Shown: piece by piece, positions 9,992-20,800 of the stretch
Numbering within the stretch: position 1 is the first letter of the stretch
How the letters are laid out: the number at the start of each line of letters is the position of its first letter
DNA from: a bacterium
GTDB lineage: Bacteria > Electryoneota > Electryoneia > Electryoneales > Electryoneaceae
Reading direction: 5' to 3'
Length of the DNA stretch: 64,000 nt
Assembly: GCA_963669175.1 (NCBI GenBank)
Contig: OY769902.1
Coordinates: 4,320,001-4,384,000 of the forward strand
The notes under the pieces: generated by a model
The model's input: the letters and a program-made list of their open reading frames with translations, nothing else
Told to the model about the DNA's origin: nothing
The model's database searches: none
Program-made: the position numbers and the translations under genes

Positions 9992-11741
9992 GCTGTATCA
10001 CTCCCCGTCCTGTACGGCCATCGACCAGAATCGACAACGGTTTATCAATACGCACTCTGCGAACGTATTCGGTTTCCTCTTCAGCAGGTAAAGCATCCAG
10101 CCAGTCCCAACGTATGGGATAGCTGGAGTTATGATGTACAAAGAAGTAGCTGACTTCAAAGCTTGATAGATTGTGGAAAAAATGCGAGCCCTGGCTGGGT
10201 TCAACATTCATGCTCGGCAGGGTAGCTTCCACAATCGCTTTCGCGCCTGCAATCTGGCTCCATTCCACCGGTGTTCCCAGCCAGTGATCACTACTGCCCC
10301 AGCGCCCGAATCCCATAAGCAGGAAAGCCCGGTCTTCGTTTAATAAGGTCTGGTTCATAGCCGCCACATGCTTCGCTATCAAAGGCGTATGCTTCGCTTC
10401 GAACACTTCCGGGCGAACATACACTATATCACGTATCGTGTTCACGTCCCCATTACCCAGCACCTTTTCGGAAGCGACGAGTGCATTGGGAGCCGACAGC
10501 GTTTCGACCGGAACTTCGACTTCCTCTTTGGATACGACCATGGGACGCACCTGCAGGAATCCCAGTCTCGCCGGGGTGCCATGGACGGGGTCCAATGTCA
10601 GGGCGAACTCGATCTCCACTTCACTTTCCAGCGCTTCTTCACAAAGCCGGATCAATTCCTGTACGATTTTATTCAGGGGAACGGTATTGAGTTGCAGGAT
10701 CGGTGCGAACGTGAGGATTCGTGGTCCGGCCGGTCCTGTCCCGGGAGAAAGCCGATCATTGGCTGCATCGTATGTGGAAGCAGTGTGTTTTAATACACCA
10801 TCCGCTTCCGCTTCATCAAGACCGTTCTGCACCAGGAATTCAGCTTCGTTGACAGGATCATACGCCGGTGGTTTTCCCAGGTTCACTGCCCAGAATGTCG
10901 TCTGAGTGGCTTTCATCAAATCGCCAACATTGCTATAAGGCGGCGGAAGTTTCGGCCATGCCGGAACGTAACTCCAGCAAACACCACCGTCTACAATCGC
11001 CTTGCCCAGCCCGAGCGCAAGATTGACCACGCCCTGTTCTGGCTTGGCGCGTCCGAACGGGTAAAAATTGAATGATTTCGCCACACCGGAAATGGTCGGA
11101 TACCATTTTTCTTCATGTTGCTGACCGACCACTTTTTGGATTACGACGGCCATCTTTTCGTCAGCGATGCTTTTCCCCGTGGTGGCGATGTAATCCTTGG
11201 CGCCTTTGAAGAATGTCGAGGCGAAAACGAACTTGACCGCTTCCATGAGTTTCTTGAAGCGTTCGTCCGTAGAATGCTGGTTATTCGGGATCATTTTCGT
11301 GGCGAAAACACCGGCGAACGGCTTAAACATGGCGTCTTCGAGCATGCTGGAGGAGCGTACCGCGAGAGGCGTTTTCACTTCGCTGACCAGCGCCCGCAAA
11401 TCTCCGGTCCACTGGTAGGGGAAACTCGCCCGCTGAAATTCCATCGCGATGTATTCATCCGATGCATCCGATAAGGCAACGTCATACAGCTTGTTCTGCT
11501 CCATGAAAGCATCGAACACAGCAGTAGAAAGAACCGTCACCGCGGGGATGGAAACCTTCACATCCGGAAAGCTGGAATGCGGGAATTTGTCCTGGATTGT
11601 ATCGTGAATAAATGCGAGTCCACTGGCTTTACCACCGAGCTCACCTTCCCCGATGAAGGTAAACGCACGCTCAGATTGCAGAGCGTGACGATCAAAATGA
11701 AAACGATGGCCGAGTGGAGCGCTTAAATCCTTTTTATCCAT
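9984..11741 (-). CDS. PEP/pyruvate-binding (PPDK_N) domain protein
   Basis: GELGGKASGL, LAVRSSSMLED, PFAGVF, EIEFA, LQVRP, GRWGS and SQGSHFFHN motifs; overlaps the downstream paralogue by 8 bp. Confidence 0.88.
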   Translation of the reverse strand: MDKKDLSAPLGHRFHFDRHALQSERAFTFIGEGELGGKASGLAFIHDTIQDKFPHSSFPDVKVSIPAVTVLSTAVFDAFMEQNKLYDVALSDASDEYIAMEFQRASFPYQWTGDLRALVSEVKTPLAVRSSSMLEDAMFKPFAGVFATKMIPNNQHSTDERFKKLMEAVKFVFASTFFKGAKDYIATTGKSIADEKMAVVIQKVVGQQHEEKWYPTISGVAKSFNFYPFGRAKPEQGVVNLALGLGKAIVDGGVCWSYVPAWPKLPPPYSNVGDLMKATQTTFWAVNLGKPPAYDPVNEAEFLVQNGLDEAEADGVLKHTASTYDAANDRLSPGTGPAGPRILTFAPILQLNTVPLNKIVQELIRLCEEALESEVEIEFALTLDPVHGTPARLGFLQVRPMVVSKEEVEVPVETLSAPNALVASEKVLGNGDVNTIRDIVYVRPEVFEAKHTPLIAKHVAAMNQTLLNEDRAFLLMGFGRWGSSDHWLGTPVEWSQIAGAKAIVEATLPSMNVEPSQGSHFFHNLSSFEVSYFFVHHNSSYPIRWDWLDALPAEEETEYVRRVRIDKPLSILVDGRTGRGVIQHG

Positions 11742-12045
11742 AAGGGTATCTCCGATCTGTTCTGTCCTTCGACTTGCCAGTACGGCCTACCACAGATGGC
11801 TTGACTTCCGTTTTGCCGCTGTAAAACCCGGATTTGAAATGCTTTCGGCTGCTAACTATAAGGTAAGGTATGCCTTTAGTCAGGTCGGTTCAATGGTATG
11901 CGCCACTCCTGGTGCCCGGTTAACGGCGCAGATTCATTTACAGGAGACGTTCAAAACAGACGGCACGGCCCTGCGCTACGTTCGGTCACCCCTTCGGGAT
12001 GTATGTAACACAGATGAAGCAGGCCTTGCACAGGTGAAGCAGGCG

Positions 12046-12614
12046 AAAAATGGGACTGATACCTTTTCATGTTCTCAAATGCAGGACAATCCCAACAAGT
12101 AGCGATGAAAAAATATCTGTACCGAATTTTTCGCTTTTTCCAGCTTTATTATCTCTTACGGGAAAATGTTGGTACAGTTATAGCGATTCCCATTATTATT
12201 CCGTCATGTGGTCATGTGCCAGATCAGTGAAAGGTCAACCATATGGTTGGAATAAAGGATAAGGATATGGAAAAAGGGGACAGTTTCCTTTCCCTGGGGC
12301 AAAGCCTTCCCGCTGTGAGCAAGGACCGGGAAAGGTGGCTGTACCCTTTTTCTTGAGAGCAGGCAGGACGTACACGGAAAAGGGTACAGTTTCCTTTTCC
12401 ACAAGTTCGGCGAGAGTGTTTCATATGCGCGCGAGGAAAAGGATCCCGTCCCCTTTTCCCGGCAATCTCTATTATGTCGGAATAAAATCGAGAACAGCAA
12501 TACCTTTTTCGCAACATATTTTCTGGTAAAACTATCAATCAAATGCACATAACAAATAATATCAGCAATTCATAACACACTCGCTTGCGAAAAAGTGTAA
12601 CAGTCCCCATTTTC
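12046..12614. repeat. Cluster of about 9 degenerate REP-like palindromes (AAAA-G-rich-CAG/CTG-C-rich-TTTT)
   Basis: Units at about 12046, 12108, 12162, 12270, 12330, 12377, 12436, 12483 and 12589. Confidence 0.75.
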
Positions 12615-12806
12615 CGTAAGATTACGCCTTTTTATCTACCTCCAAAGACGAGTGAAAACAGAGTTTGACGGGAGAGATGACAGGGGTACTGGCCGTTCTG
12701 CTAAGAGGGGTGACTGCAACTGGAAATCTGAAACTTGCCCCTGTTTGCTTGTCAAACAGGGTTTATATTCATTCAATTTTCACATAATCAATCATTTAAA
12801 ATAAAA

Positions 12807-15089
12807 TCATTTAAGCAATACAATTCGTCGCAAAGGAGCTGCTTTGCCATCATGTGTAGCACGTAAATAGTACATCCCCGACGCCAGCTCATGTGCATTG
12901 ACAGTCACAAGATGAATCCCTGCGTTTTGGACACCAAGCGTATGTTTCTGCACCACCTGCCCCAGGATATTCACCAGCTCCAGCTCAACGGTTCCTGCTT
13001 CAGGAAGATGAACCTCAACAACGCTCGTGGCATTAAACGGGTTGGGATAAGCTTCACTGATAAAGAATTCTTGCGGAAGTGACAACTTGTCCTCATCCAC
13101 ATCAAGGTTCCAGATGAGTTCCAGCGGCCCCGCCGGTTCCGATTCGCCGTTATCATACTGGGCTGTAACCCAATAGTGATAAGTGCCGTACTGAACAATG
13201 CGGTCGATATACTCATGGTCCACTGGCGATGCAATCAGGGTGCTGTCACGATAAACATGATAGGACAGAAAGTCATCCAGTTCGTCATCCGATCCGGCTT
13301 GCTGTATCATGCTTCCGCCACGATCCAGACGTACCTGCGCACGGATGAAATAGGTCTGCGGCCAGGCGCTCCAGGTACTCCCATTGAAGTCAAAACAACG
13401 CTCATTGTTATCATCATCATAGCCCAGCCGAACAGTCGTATTCAGCGAACCGAAGGCAACGATAAAATCACTCCCGAACACAAGGTTCTGGTCAATTGAG
13501 AAGTCATGCCAGCCATTGGAGGATACAGTTTCTGTACTGGAATATAACAGGGAATCACCGGGCATACCCGTAATCTCGTTCCAGTTGAAAACCTTGACCT
13601 GGAACGGTTGATCGGAACCGGTTACCCGCAGGTAATAACTGACCCTGAGTAAACGGCACGAATCGGACGGGCTCATCCGTTGTCCCAGCGTGTACCCCTG
13701 GAAATCGTAATACCCACTCGGCCAGCCATCATCATAGATAAGGTTTTCCGTAGGCCCTTCGATATCCGGCGGTTCCCAGTCGAGGAAGACATAACCGTAT
13801 TGTTCATCCAGCTCGGCGGTCAAGTCAACAGGTGACGGTAACGCTGCCGGTCCTGCAAGGCTGAACTCGGCATAAACAGTCGTATCCAGATCGGGAATTT
13901 CAAGCGGTGTGTTCAGAGCCGGAATCGTATCATTCCAGGCGGGATAGATGATCTGGGCTTCGTTGATCTGGCCTGAATGCCCATTTCCGGGATGATTGTC
14001 ACGTACCCCGGCAAACATCGGGTTCAGACGATAACGATCCAGCATCCAGGCCGCGTCGGTAAGATCAAGTACGATTTCAACCGGTGGTACGGCAACACGA
14101 GCGTAAGCGTACGCATCCATCCATGAGAAGAACGTCCGGCTCCACCGTCTGTCTTCAACCGTTCCCAGCCCGACGTCCAGCGAGATGCCATACTTGTCGG
14201 TATGGGAGATATCCATAGTGGCCAAAAAACTGGGTTCATAATCTGTCAAATCATCTGCATGGAACGCAAATCCGGATGAGGTAGTCAAACTTGTCATGGC
14301 ATCATAGGTAACCCAGCAGTAGCCGGAAAGTCCCCAAACGGTGCCGACACTGTTCACCACCTTGAAAGCGCCGAGCCCGTCATCATTGACATGATTATCC
14401 ATAAAACCCACAACCGGCAGGACAATGGTCCCTTCCGGGTTGCCGTAAATTTCAGACAGGCAGTAGTTTCCACCATATTCATCAATGTTGGTGAAGTTGC
14501 CGTAAACATTCAACTCCACCAGTGCGATATGACCGTCAAGAAGCAGGGATTTGAGCTGTTCCACACCTGTAGTGTCCAGATCGATGTAATACCACGGCCC
14601 GGTACGGTATTCCATGGCGTTGATCCAGTCGGGACGCGTGGGCCAGGTGGTGTAGTCCTCCGCATCGTAGGGCATATCGACCATCGTGGCGCACCCATTA
14701 AAACGCAGCAACTCCATGACATCAGCAAGATCACTGTCCTGATTGATGCCGTGGTTGGTCAGGTTAAACACAAATGCGGGACTGAAACGGTGAGAAGAGG
14801 TTGACACATCCCAGTGTCGCTCTTCCCATTCCTGGTAGGTTTTGTAATAATATGCCACAGACCATGCCGTGGCGGAATTCTGGCTGCCACGATTGCCGAC
14901 TGCGGGAAGGTGTGCGGAGTTGTCCGCCGCCTCATCCAGTTCATACGATGTATGGACAGGATAATCGCTCGGCAGTAGCCACTCCGGCAGCTCTTGCCCA
15001 TATACCCGGACATTTGCCGAAAAGGAAAACGCGACCGTTATCAATACCAACATCACTATTTTCAAGATGTTGCTTCTATCCATCCCCAT
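12807..15089 (-). CDS. Secreted papain-like (C1A) domain protein, probably inactive, with FN3-like and C-terminal sorting domain
   Basis: Signal peptide; LPAVGNRGSQNSATAW, FSPAFVFN and FKVVNSVGTVWG C1A-like motifs; YPNPFN...RRIVLLK terminus. Confidence 0.8.
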   Translation of the reverse strand: MGMDRSNILKIVMLVLITVAFSFSANVRVYGQELPEWLLPSDYPVHTSYELDEAADNSAHLPAVGNRGSQNSATAWSVAYYYKTYQEWEERHWDVSTSSHRFSPAFVFNLTNHGINQDSDLADVMELLRFNGCATMVDMPYDAEDYTTWPTRPDWINAMEYRTGPWYYIDLDTTGVEQLKSLLLDGHIALVELNVYGNFTNIDEYGGNYCLSEIYGNPEGTIVLPVVGFMDNHVNDDGLGAFKVVNSVGTVWGLSGYCWVTYDAMTSLTTSSGFAFHADDLTDYEPSFLATMDISHTDKYGISLDVGLGTVEDRRWSRTFFSWMDAYAYARVAVPPVEIVLDLTDAAWMLDRYRLNPMFAGVRDNHPGNGHSGQINEAQIIYPAWNDTIPALNTPLEIPDLDTTVYAEFSLAGPAALPSPVDLTAELDEQYGYVFLDWEPPDIEGPTENLIYDDGWPSGYYDFQGYTLGQRMSPSDSCRLLRVSYYLRVTGSDQPFQVKVFNWNEITGMPGDSLLYSSTETVSSNGWHDFSIDQNLVFGSDFIVAFGSLNTTVRLGYDDDNNERCFDFNGSTWSAWPQTYFIRAQVRLDRGGSMIQQAGSDDELDDFLSYHVYRDSTLIASPVDHEYIDRIVQYGTYHYWVTAQYDNGESEPAGPLELIWNLDVDEDKLSLPQEFFISEAYPNPFNATSVVEVHLPEAGTVELELVNILGQVVQKHTLGVQNAGIHLVTVNAHELASGMYYLRATHDGKAAPLRRIVLLK

Positions 15090-15495
15090 CAGTGAATCCC
15101 CTTACCACGTTTCCGCGAGAGCATTGTTCTGCAATAGTTTGCAAAGCATGTGCCTCTTGGGTCATCTAACAAAATACGGAACTGCAAGGGGATTTGCCTG
15201 ATGATATAGAAAAAACCGGTGCTTCGCTGTTTCGTGTGGGTAAGGAGGTTCACATAGTGATGCGACACGACAATGAAATATCGAGTCGTTTCATAGGAAT
15301 CTGTCAATAAGGTCTGGTTCCATTGCATGTCCACAGAGGTGACCTGCATCAATGACATGCCTTTGCAAAATAAGTTGTGGCCGTGATTATACATATCAAA
15401 ATTATTTCCTCATGTTGCATACCCACACGGAATAGCGAGGAACCAAAAAACCTGTTCGCTCTTTTCTGATACATGGGATTTGTGGACAGATTCGT

Positions 15496-16068
15496 CTAGA
15501 AATAGTACAAAACCCTTACCTGCAGGTTGAAGAACGCCTCATCAATGGAATCACCGGCGTCATCAGCAGCGTATTCAATATCGTAGCGGAACAACGGCAC
15601 AATCGCCCAGTGATTCCCAGCTATCTCCAGCCCCAGCCCAAAGCGGGCTCTTCTGTAATCACGGTCAAAATCGACTGGACCATCAATTGATTCATTCATC
15701 CAATAATAGGAGGCTTCCAGGATCGGACTTATGGGGAATTCTGGAGCGGCCATGTTCCAGGTGAGTTTCACGCCATGACCGTCACCAAGGGCTTTCTTCT
15801 TGTTCCGCTTGCTCCAGAACCAGTCGTATTCATAGGAAACACCAATGTAATCTGTGATATAGTAGCCAAATGAAGGAATCAATTCAACATGGTACAACTT
15901 TCTATCCTCATCATCCGGATTGCTGGCAACACTCTGCGAGGAAGGAGATTGCAGGCTGTTTCCCAAACCGATATAGAATCTACCTTTTCGAGGTTCTTTC
16001 TTGAATTCCTGTGCTGAAACAGCAGAGACTAATAGAAAAAACAAAGCCACCCATGTGAAGTGTTTCAC
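15496..16068 (-). CDS. Outer-membrane beta-barrel protein
   Basis: Signal peptide, alternating amphipathic strands, C-terminal YYF. Confidence 0.7.
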   Translation of the reverse strand: MKHFTWVALFFLLVSAVSAQEFKKEPRKGRFYIGLGNSLQSPSSQSVASNPDDEDRKLYHVELIPSFGYYITDYIGVSYEYDWFWSKRNKKKALGDGHGVKLTWNMAAPEFPISPILEASYYWMNESIDGPVDFDRDYRRARFGLGLEIAGNHWAIVPLFRYDIEYAADDAGDSIDEAFFNLQVRVLYYF

Positions 16069-16289
16069 TTTCCCCCCAAAATGTTTCCTGATCGAACAAC
16101 GGTGTGACCGAATGCTGATCTTGTCTTCGAATGAAGGGTAATCACTTTCGGCAGGTAATCACAACAGCGATTGGCCCCTGTCAGGATGGTTCTTCATAAT
16201 ACTCACTTTCAATGCCTTTGTTTCCTCTTTGTATAATCAGCCTCCCCTGAATATTGAGCAACACACATAGTTATTCTGCTATGTAAACA

Positions 16290-16498
16290 GTCAAGGGTGT
16301 AAAGAGCCTTTGTATCGTCCCATGTGCCGTTCTGCTATTCGTGCTCGTGGCACAAGTTTTTTGTTCGCACGGAACAGCGGCGCCCTAAACTCGAATCGTT
16401 GTCAAGCAACAGAATAACTACCAGGGTCGCGTGTTCCCAATGGCATCGGACGATTCAATCACAATCTATGCTTTACCTACCTGCCAGCAGTGCTGGGG
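16290..16498 (-). ncRNA. Predicted bridge/seek RNA of the IS110 element
   Basis: Non-coding end contains an 11-nt match to the target flank and an 8-nt match to the donor junction; RNA boundaries are approximate. Confidence 0.6.
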
Positions 16499-17560
16499 TT
16501 ATACGCAGGCAGGATTGTAGTCTTGTTCTTTGACCAGCATGGCCCACAGTATCACGGCTAGTTTTCGTGCCATGGCGACGATCGCCACTTTCCGTGTTTT
16601 CCCGGCATGGATCGCATCGTATTTCTTCTTTGCATACGGATCTTTTTGCACCCAACGCCACGCAGCTTCGACCAATAGTTTTCGTAGATGGGACGGTCCC
16701 CAGTGGGTAATGTGTCCCATATGGCGTGTGTTGGCGCTTGACCATTCACACGGCGTCAAGCCAAGATGTGCGCCGACTTGCTTACCGGATGCGAAGCGTT
16801 CGGGACGATACATCTCGGTCACGAAGGCGTTCACGGTCAACTCGCCCACGCCTTTCACCTGGCACAGGCGCTGGGTACGGTCCCGATACGTTGCGGACGC
16901 ATTCATCGCCTTGATCGCTTTGGTGATCACCTTGAGTTGCTGTTCAATGGCCTCCAGCTCATCGAGAGCAACATCAATGGCTATCCGTGTCGCGGCCAGA
17001 CAATCACACGTTCGCAACCAGCGCCGGTATTCCTTTGTCCAATAGCGTTGCGGCGGAAACGGTGACTGTAAACCGTGAAACAATAGCAGACTCTTGATTC
17101 GGTTTTTGACCCGAACGCGATCATTCATCACCTGGTCACGGGTTCGAGACAACTGACGATCCGCCTCTTCCTGTTCTGTAGGGACATGTACCCAGGTACG
17201 GGGCGGTGTCCAGAACATGTGGGCCAAGGTCAGGGCATCCAGATGATCGGTCTTCTGCTGCTTCGCTTGCGCCCCTTTGGGAACTTGGCTGGGCGGCGCG
17301 ATCTGGCAGTCAACACCTTGGCCGATCAGGTAACGACAGAGGCCAAAGCCGGTGAGGCCCGCTTCATAACACGCCCACATGCGGCAGTTGGGAAAACGGG
17401 CAAAGAAGCCTTCCCAGGCGGCTGAGTCATGCTTGATCCGATTCTCAAAGAGCACTTCACCAGTCTGGGTGTCGAGCACAACGGCGAAAGAAGTCTGCGA
17501 ATCAACATCCAGACCTATAGACAATGAACGGTCCGCTGCAATAACTTGGTTCTTCGACAT
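16499..17560 (-). CDS. IS110-family recombinase/transposase
   Basis: IGLDV, CYEAG and KTDHLDA DEDD-RuvC motifs; GVGELT and LGLTPCEWSSAN...GHITHWGPSHLRKLLVEAAW (catalytic Ser region); VAMARKLA. Confidence 0.95.
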   Translation of the reverse strand: MSKNQVIAADRSLSIGLDVDSQTSFAVVLDTQTGEVLFENRIKHDSAAWEGFFARFPNCRMWACYEAGLTGFGLCRYLIGQGVDCQIAPPSQVPKGAQAKQQKTDHLDALTLAHMFWTPPRTWVHVPTEQEEADRQLSRTRDQVMNDRVRVKNRIKSLLLFHGLQSPFPPQRYWTKEYRRWLRTCDCLAATRIAIDVALDELEAIEQQLKVITKAIKAMNASATYRDRTQRLCQVKGVGELTVNAFVTEMYRPERFASGKQVGAHLGLTPCEWSSANTRHMGHITHWGPSHLRKLLVEAAWRWVQKDPYAKKKYDAIHAGKTRKVAIVAMARKLAVILWAMLVKEQDYNPACV

Positions 17561-17773
17561 GGCGCTTCTCCTTGTGTTGGAAAAATGGAATACTGCTAAG
17601 ATAGCAGTTCCAACACGACTTGATGCGCCTGTCGTTTAACATAGGAACTCTGATAACATTTCTTCCGCCGACTGTGTTATCAACGTAAAACCTTAAATGC
17701 TTCAGTGTTTATTTGTCAACTGACATACACATCCCTGCCGCTTAACACTCAATACCAGGCGCACAGAAGTACA

Positions 17774-17803
17774 ATACCCCGGGCCCTGACATACCCGGGG
17801 TGT
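17774..17803 (-). terminator. Hairpin terminator after the 1253-aa gene
   Basis: TACCCCGGG...CCCGGGGTG inverted repeat. Confidence 0.5.
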
Positions 17804-17855
17804 TGAATAACTTGCCCGAAAAGACTACGTGAACAAGCTACGTGTAGCTCCCTTC

Positions 17856-20800
17856 CTAGCGAACAAGCGTGATCTTACGAACAGTGTTCATCTTACCGGG
17901 AACATGTGCCCTGATAAAGTAAATCCCACTGGAAAGGTTCGTGGCATCAAATGTGAAAGCATGGTATCCCTGTGCGAAACGGCCCTGCGCCAGGACAGAA
18001 ACCTGCTCGCCAAGGATGTTGAAGACACGGACATTCAGCTCGGCTGCATCGGGCAGGCCGATTACAGCGGTCATGGTCGGGTTGAACGGATTCGGGTAAG
18101 CACGTGCAATGCTGTACTCGGTCGGAACTGTTGAGAACAGATTCTCGTTGACGCCGACACCATCCCAATTAACAGAAGCTGTGTCCGAATTGGCCGAATT
18201 ACCTTCTACGAACGATGCAACAACATAATAGGAATAGGCGCCAACTGCTTCACCGGTCAGATCATCAATGAAACCAATCGTATCCACTTCAGCCAATGCA
18301 TCACCATTACGGAAGATGATAAATTCATCGAATGTGTACGTTTCATCATCACCGGTAAACGTCCATGAAAGCTCGACAGAAGGACTACCATCTTCACGCG
18401 TAGCGGACATGCTTGCCGGCGCTTCCAGGATAGGCGCGTTGAAATCTTCAGCCATGGAAGGGATAATCTGAACCACATTGTTGTACAGGCCGATCGGACC
18501 GCGTATAACAATCCAGTCATCTTCAGCAAAATCGCTCAGGTCGAGATCGGCGGCTTCGTTGATGTAGACCTGAACAGCTCCGGAACCGTCATCAATGGAC
18601 AGGGCATACGATCCTGTTTCAGGATCGGATTCGAGCTGCCCCAGGATTTCCGCCCAGGCGCCCTCAAGTGCTTGCTGTCCGGCAATCGTAGCGGTTGTGC
18701 CGGTGTAAGGTGTCGGCAGATCATTGCCCGTACTGAGAACTTCGTACTCGAAATACACGAGTTCAGTTATACCGTTATACTCAACCACTTGCCCGGTAAC
18801 CTGGATTTGATCTCCACGGTTCAGGTTGTCAGCGGGGTCAATAGCTTCGGAATCATACAACATCACTCCGTAACCGCTTTCATCCTGGATGTAACAATCA
18901 AAGCGATCAGTGTGGATGGAATTGGTTGGCAAGGTCACAGTACCTGTTGTGGTAACCCATGTGCCCGCTTCAACCGAGGTCTGAATGTTTTCAATCGAGT
19001 AGGTAACGATAAGGGCCAGGGTAATGTCGATGACCTCGAAATCACCGGCTTCCACTTCGATGCCAGCCTGAATATAAGGTGCATAATCTTCAATCACTGC
19101 AACCAGGTCATAGGTCGCAGGCGCCAACTCGTCAAATTCGTAGTAGCCGAGTCTGTCCGTGTAGACAGTCTGGAGAAGGCCTTCATCAGGTTGAATGGCA
19201 ACCAGCACGTTTTCCATCGGGTTGTCGTCGGAATCAATGATCGTTCCGGAAATGTTGCCAGTTGTATAGGCAGAGAGTGTGATATCGATGGTTTCAATAT
19301 CACCGGCGCTCAAGTCGATGCCATTCTGCGTATAGGGTATATAGCCAGCAAAATCAGTGCTCAGGCTATAAATCTCAGGAACAATATCAGCGATTTCGTA
19401 ATAACCGTGCGCATCTGACGTTGTTGTTCGTGTGTCACCGGTATTGGGTGTCATCGTGACAGTTACACCTCCCAGCGCGTTTCCGTCATCATCGGTTATA
19501 ACACCAGATACATTGGCAGTGGTTGACCAGATCATGGTGATGTTGATAACCTCAGCCTGCCCGGTTACCAGTTCAATGCCATCCTGTACATACGGATCGT
19601 AACCATCATATTCCGCACGCAGACTGTATGTGCCTGGTGTCAGGTCCAACAATTCGTAATGTCCGGATCCGTCTGAAGTGGTCACGAATGGAAATCCCGT
19701 TTCCGGTGTCAGCGAGACATTGATCTGCATCAAGGGGTGGGTTGCTTCATCCTGGATCGTACCGGAAAGGGAAGCATTCGTACCAGTCGTGAGGTTAAAA
19801 TCGACAACGATAAAATCACCGGCTTCCACTTCAATCCCTTCCTGTGTACCAGTGACATATCCATCGTATTCAGCGCTCACGGAATAAGTACCCGGCGAAA
19901 GCGAACCGAACCGGTAATGTCCCTCTTCATCCGTGAAGACCATCAACGGCAATCCGCCCTGGGGAGTCAGCGAAACAGTTGCGTTTTCAATGGCATCGCC
20001 ATCCGCATCCATGACCGTACCCGAGATGCTGCCGGTTGTCCAGTCATAGTATATGCGTCCGGAAACTTCGCCATCGAGAATCGGCATATTATCATCAACA
20101 CCATAGTATACCTGAAGCCCGATCTCGCCGTCCTGATCTTCATAACCTATGGCTACGATAGCATCTTCCGGGTGCGCTGAAATTGTATTATAGTTGACAA
20201 CAATTTCTCTGGTATCGAAATCCATAACACACTGAAAGGTGTTTTCCGTATCATCCGTATTGTAGTAAACAACTTCGGACCACGTAATAACCAACTTTCC
20301 ATCCACAACTTCAGCATAAACCGCGCCATCAGCACCTTCATCAGCGGGGTTTAGGTCGGCGCCAAAGATGGACAGCAAGCTGTTCGGTTCGAATTCATTC
20401 GGTGTGGGATTGGAATAGGGATATCCAACCGCATCGCTGTTTGTAAAGGAAATCCTGCCGTTGGAATTGACATACATGTCTCTGTAAGCAGCATCGTACC
20501 AGGTGAAATCACCCAGGCCATAATCCGCAAAAGTCAGCAACACACTTGCGTCATCACCCAGTTCCAGGTCCGTAGCATTTTCTGAAACCGCCTGCCACGA
20601 ATACTCAATGACTTCGAAATAGTGCATGCCTTCTTCAGGCCACGGATCAAGTTCAACATTGACTGTATTAAAGCCATCAGACAATTCTATTGCCTCAGCA
20701 TAAGCGTAGTAGCCGGATGCGCTGGGAATTTCAACCGAGTTCTGTCCGATCACACAGCCTTCAATGCTGTAACCGCCGCGGTCATCCGTTGTTGCACTAT

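Larger units (their letters stand above)
16279..17652 (-). mobile_element. IS110-family element, IS1111-like organisation
   Basis: Transposase plus ~220-bp downstream non-coding end; imperfect sub-terminal IRs (CTATGTAAAC 16279-16288 / GTTTAACATAG 17634-17644); TCTG core at both junctions (16275-16278, 17649-17652). Confidence 0.8.

Noticed and set aside
6806-11741. Canonical ppsA/ppdK assignment
   Set aside because: No recognisable pyruvate-binding barrel or canonical phospho-His motif, so no symbol was given.
12046-12614. CRISPR array
   Set aside because: Units are degenerate, mixed in orientation and irregularly spaced; no cas genes.
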